DNA from: Selaginella moellendorffii
Taxonomy: Eukaryota; Plantae; Lycopodiophyta
Length of the DNA stretch: 64,000 nt
Direction of reading: 5' to 3'
Assembly (NCBI RefSeq): GCF_000143415.4
Contig: NW_003314306.1
Span: 900,897 to 964,896 of the forward strand
The translations under genes were made by a program, and so were the position numbers. This document shows positions 62,301-64,000 of the stretch, one piece after another. How positions within the stretch are numbered: the stretch's first letter is position 1; each line of letters opens with the position of its first letter. Under the pieces are notes generated by a model, which had not been told where the DNA came from, searched no databases, and saw nothing but the letters and a program-made list of their open reading frames with translations.

Positions 62301-63052
62301 ACTCTGTTCACTCCTCTCTTCGAGTTTCCCCCTTCTTTGCGAACTCTGGCCGAAATCCCCGATTCAATCTCTCACTTCCTTCTCCATCTGAATCCTCTCG
62401 TTTAAATCCCCGCTCTGAATCATTTCTCTCCAACATTCAGGAAATCCACAACTCCATCTCCTTCCACCTCCATCGTGCTCAGGAATCTCATAAAACATTT
62501 GCCAATGTCCATCGTCAGGATTGTCCCCCTTACAATATCGGGGATAAAGTCTGGCTCCTCAGGCAAAATATCTCCACCACCAGGCCCTGTCCAAAACTCG
62601 ATTTCAAACGCCTTGGTCCTTTCCCTATCACTGCCATCATTAATCCTGTCACTTATCGCCTTGCACTTCCCTCCTCATATCAAATTCACCCCGTTTTTCA
62701 CTGCTCTCTCCTTGAGCCTTATATTCCCAGTCCTATTCCAAATCGGGTCATTCCTCCGCCTCCACCAGTGCAGCTCGAGGATGGGTCTGAGTACGAGGTT
62801 CAGGACATCCTTGATTCCAAGATTTCACGATCTAAACTCTACTATCTGGTGGACTGGAAGGGTTACGGACCTGAGGAACGCACTTGGGAACCTGCGGACA
62901 ACCTGATTCATTCTCCTGACCTTGTTCAGGACTTCTACCGCCGCTATCCTTCTCGTCCCAGTCCTCATTCTTTTTCTCCATCTCCCATCCCTCGCCGCTC
63001 ATCTCATCCTCCTCTTCGTTCTCGTTCACATCCTCGTTCCACTCGTTCTTGA
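59216..63052 (+). CDS. pol: Pol: protease, RT, RNase H, integrase, chromodomain (expressed by -1 frameshift)
   Basis: LLDSGAT, YLDD, HDSPTAGH..CDTC, SMDF..SDRG..GQSE, GPF, EYEVQDILDS..YYLVDWKGYGPEERTWEP. Confidence 0.96.
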   Translation: MSQEASPIARVHSASKSTTVAVGKRPCPNRVGAVCLDSPNKNHFSSLSSSSPPFIKATTNSRNFRVPCLLSFTGQSGLKALALLDSGATSCFMDTDFAARHHVPLSPTIRDLRVEGISGHFVSPSSGLRETLPVRVHIGSTVTDIAFNIINSKSSSVVLGLPWFQLHQPQICWKDLQLISPTSPSPTASPGVHRVRIRKSSLNSSRGSVPDSTQFSSSSFFSLPSYTGQYPRLIIPFSRTPPPISTITMKELLHEEPLFLFALHVSPVSLPEKYHDFGDVFDKKKASVLPVHRPYDCPIDLQKGASPPWGPIYGLSPSELKALKEYVDENLASGYIQHSQSPAGAPVFFVKKKDGSLRLVIDYRGLNKVTVRNRYPLPLISDLLERLGGARFFTKIDLRGAYNLIRIRPGDEWKTAFRTRYGHFEYTVMPFGLTNAPAVFQHMANDVFREFLDQMVIVYLDDILIYSKTQEEHDEHVRKVLAKLREHDLYAKLEKCSFDQQSVEFLGYIVTPEGITMDPAKVKTILEWEPPQSMSDVQVFLGFANFYCKFIDHYSDIVLPLTHLTRKDVPFSWSAAAQQAFDTLKAAFSSAPVLIHADSSQPFFIEANASDFAIGAVLSQLGADHELHPVAFHSRKFQPAEINYEIHNKELLAIVDSFGEWRRFLEGASNQTTVWTDHKNLEYFTTSRVLSRRQARWAQFLSRFDFVIKYRPRKFQGLPDALSRRSYLSLRPGNPAFDQHQVILGPDRLQVMAISLAPQDSSLMDAIRNDLQSDDLASDIFPHLQAGHPVTPDCRRFDEFEFLDGLLYRGEQLYVPEGDARRLILMACHDSPTAGHFGIAKTYELVARDFWWPHMDDYIKAFVTSCDTCARNKVPRHLPSGLLRSLPVPSGPWESISMDFLSDLPSSGGFNSILVVVDRFTKMAHFLPCTKEFSGEDMAKLVFREIFRLHGIPTDVVSDRGPQFISHFWQRFLQLLGVKANLSSAYHPQTDGQSERTIQTLEQFLRCFINYHQDNWFDILPFAEFSYNNSVHSSLRVSPFFANSGRNPRFNLSLPSPSESSRLNPRSESFLSNIQEIHNSISFHLHRAQESHKTFANVHRQDCPPYNIGDKVWLLRQNISTTRPCPKLDFKRLGPFPITAIINPVTYRLALPSSYQIHPVFHCSLLEPYIPSPIPNRVIPPPPPVQLEDGSEYEVQDILDSKISRSKLYYLVDWKGYGPEERTWEPADNLIHSPDLVQDFYRRYPSRPSPHSFSPSPIPRRSSHPPLRSRSHPRSTRS
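59282..59366 (+). promoter_or_regulatory. -1 programmed ribosomal frameshift signal (G GGA AAC + H-type pseudoknot)
   Basis: Heptamer 59282-59288 in the gag frame; 6-nt spacer; stem 1 59295-59305/59316-59326; stem 2 59308-59314/59360-59366; pol is in the -1 frame. Confidence 0.85.
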
Positions 63053-64000
63053 GGAGGGGGTGCTGTCAGGAATCCCCCAATTCTTGCCACATTCCTGACT
63101 CTCGCCGGATTCCTGACCTGCAGACCACATTCCTGACTCTCGAGACACTTCTCTATTCCTGACTCTCGAGACACTTCCCTATTCCTGACTCTCGAGACAC
63201 TTCCCGATTTCTGAGTCTCGAGCCACATTCCTGATGATGATGTGGCGCCTCCTCGACCTCAGCTGTATTTAGGCTGTCCTCGATCCAAGAGTGGTGGAGC
63301 TTCATCAACCTATAGTATATATAGGTTAGCCTTGTTCCATTTCTCCACAATCTGAATCAACACCAGTCTAAGGCCTCTTCTTTGTTTTCACTAGCTTTTT
63401 CTCTTTGTCTTTAGCATTTTCCAGTCTTGATTTTGTTGGGGGTCTTGACAAGAAGTAGTAATCGAAAAAGATGAAGAAATAAAGAAGGAAAAATTAGAAG
63501 TTTTGAAAACAAAAAGAGAAGAAAAAGGAAATAATAAAAAAAGTGAATTTATTGCATATTGTATGCAACATCACTTGATTTACTTAATAATAGTGTTTTT
63601 CTTGTTTAGTATTATTTATTAATATAATTGATCAATCAAAATTTTATAATTTATAAATACAAGATTAATTTTTATTGCACACCATTATTTGGTAGAATAA
63701 ACTAGAATATACTCGAAAAAGTTTAGAAAAGTTTAAAATTTATAAACATGTTTATAAATATAAATATAATAAATGAATAACAATTTTTAAATAGTAGAAT
63801 ATCCCAGAATATCTAGATATATTTTTTATGTCTCCCTCTCTTGGATAGAAAAATTTTAGATGTTAAAGGCTTTCTAGTGAGCAAAGTCTCCTTGCATTTT
63901 TTTCTTGCTAGGGTTTGCCCAACACCCAACACCTATAGCTTATTATGAAGAGTGGAGAAGGTTAGAGATGGCTCCTCTGTGCTAGATATGGCATTGGTAT

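Larger units (their letters stand above)
57854..63450 (+). mobile_element. Full-length Ty3/gypsy chromovirus (Tf1/sushi/Tcn1-like); LTRs 57854-58240 and 63064-63450
   Basis: 387 bp LTRs TG...CA with 2 differences seen; perfect TSD AGAAG; PPT gaggaggggg at 63051-63060; uninterrupted gag and pol ORFs. Confidence 0.97.

Overview
Eukaryotic plant nuclear DNA. The very short (~50 bp) GT-AG introns, high gene density, PLS-type PPR gene, S-protein homologues and Tcn1-like chromovirus point to a non-seed plant, most likely the lycophyte Selaginella (inference). 1-5.4 kb: the 3' end of a TYW2/TRM12 gene, an intronless secreted gene (unknown domain + bulb-type lectin), decayed copies of both, and a 100-N gap. 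5.4-24 kb: an AT-rich TE block containing a decayed Ty3/gypsy element (7265-22366) that holds three nested insertions, namely a young non-coding LTR element (8007-15241, TSD CAATG) and two oppositely oriented solo LTRs. 24.5-54.7 kb: a gene-dense block with SSUH2-like, an intronless SIM/NZF/RING/BIRC6-type E2 gene, DUF674, PUB62-like, SPP, KIF12-like kinesin, NHL/LEA_2, a tandemly duplicated tropinone-reductase/SPH cassette, a ~128 bp hairpin repeat array, PPR and AP2 soloist. 57.9-63.5 kb: a full-length chromovirus with a self-priming PBS, a GGGAAAC + pseudoknot -1 frameshift signal and an apparently mutated RNase H. The most novel candidates are the E2/E3 hybrid gene (30864-33542) and the secreted lectin fusion (3891-4919). 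Coordinates of spliced genes are manual estimates spanning introns; no database searches were run.
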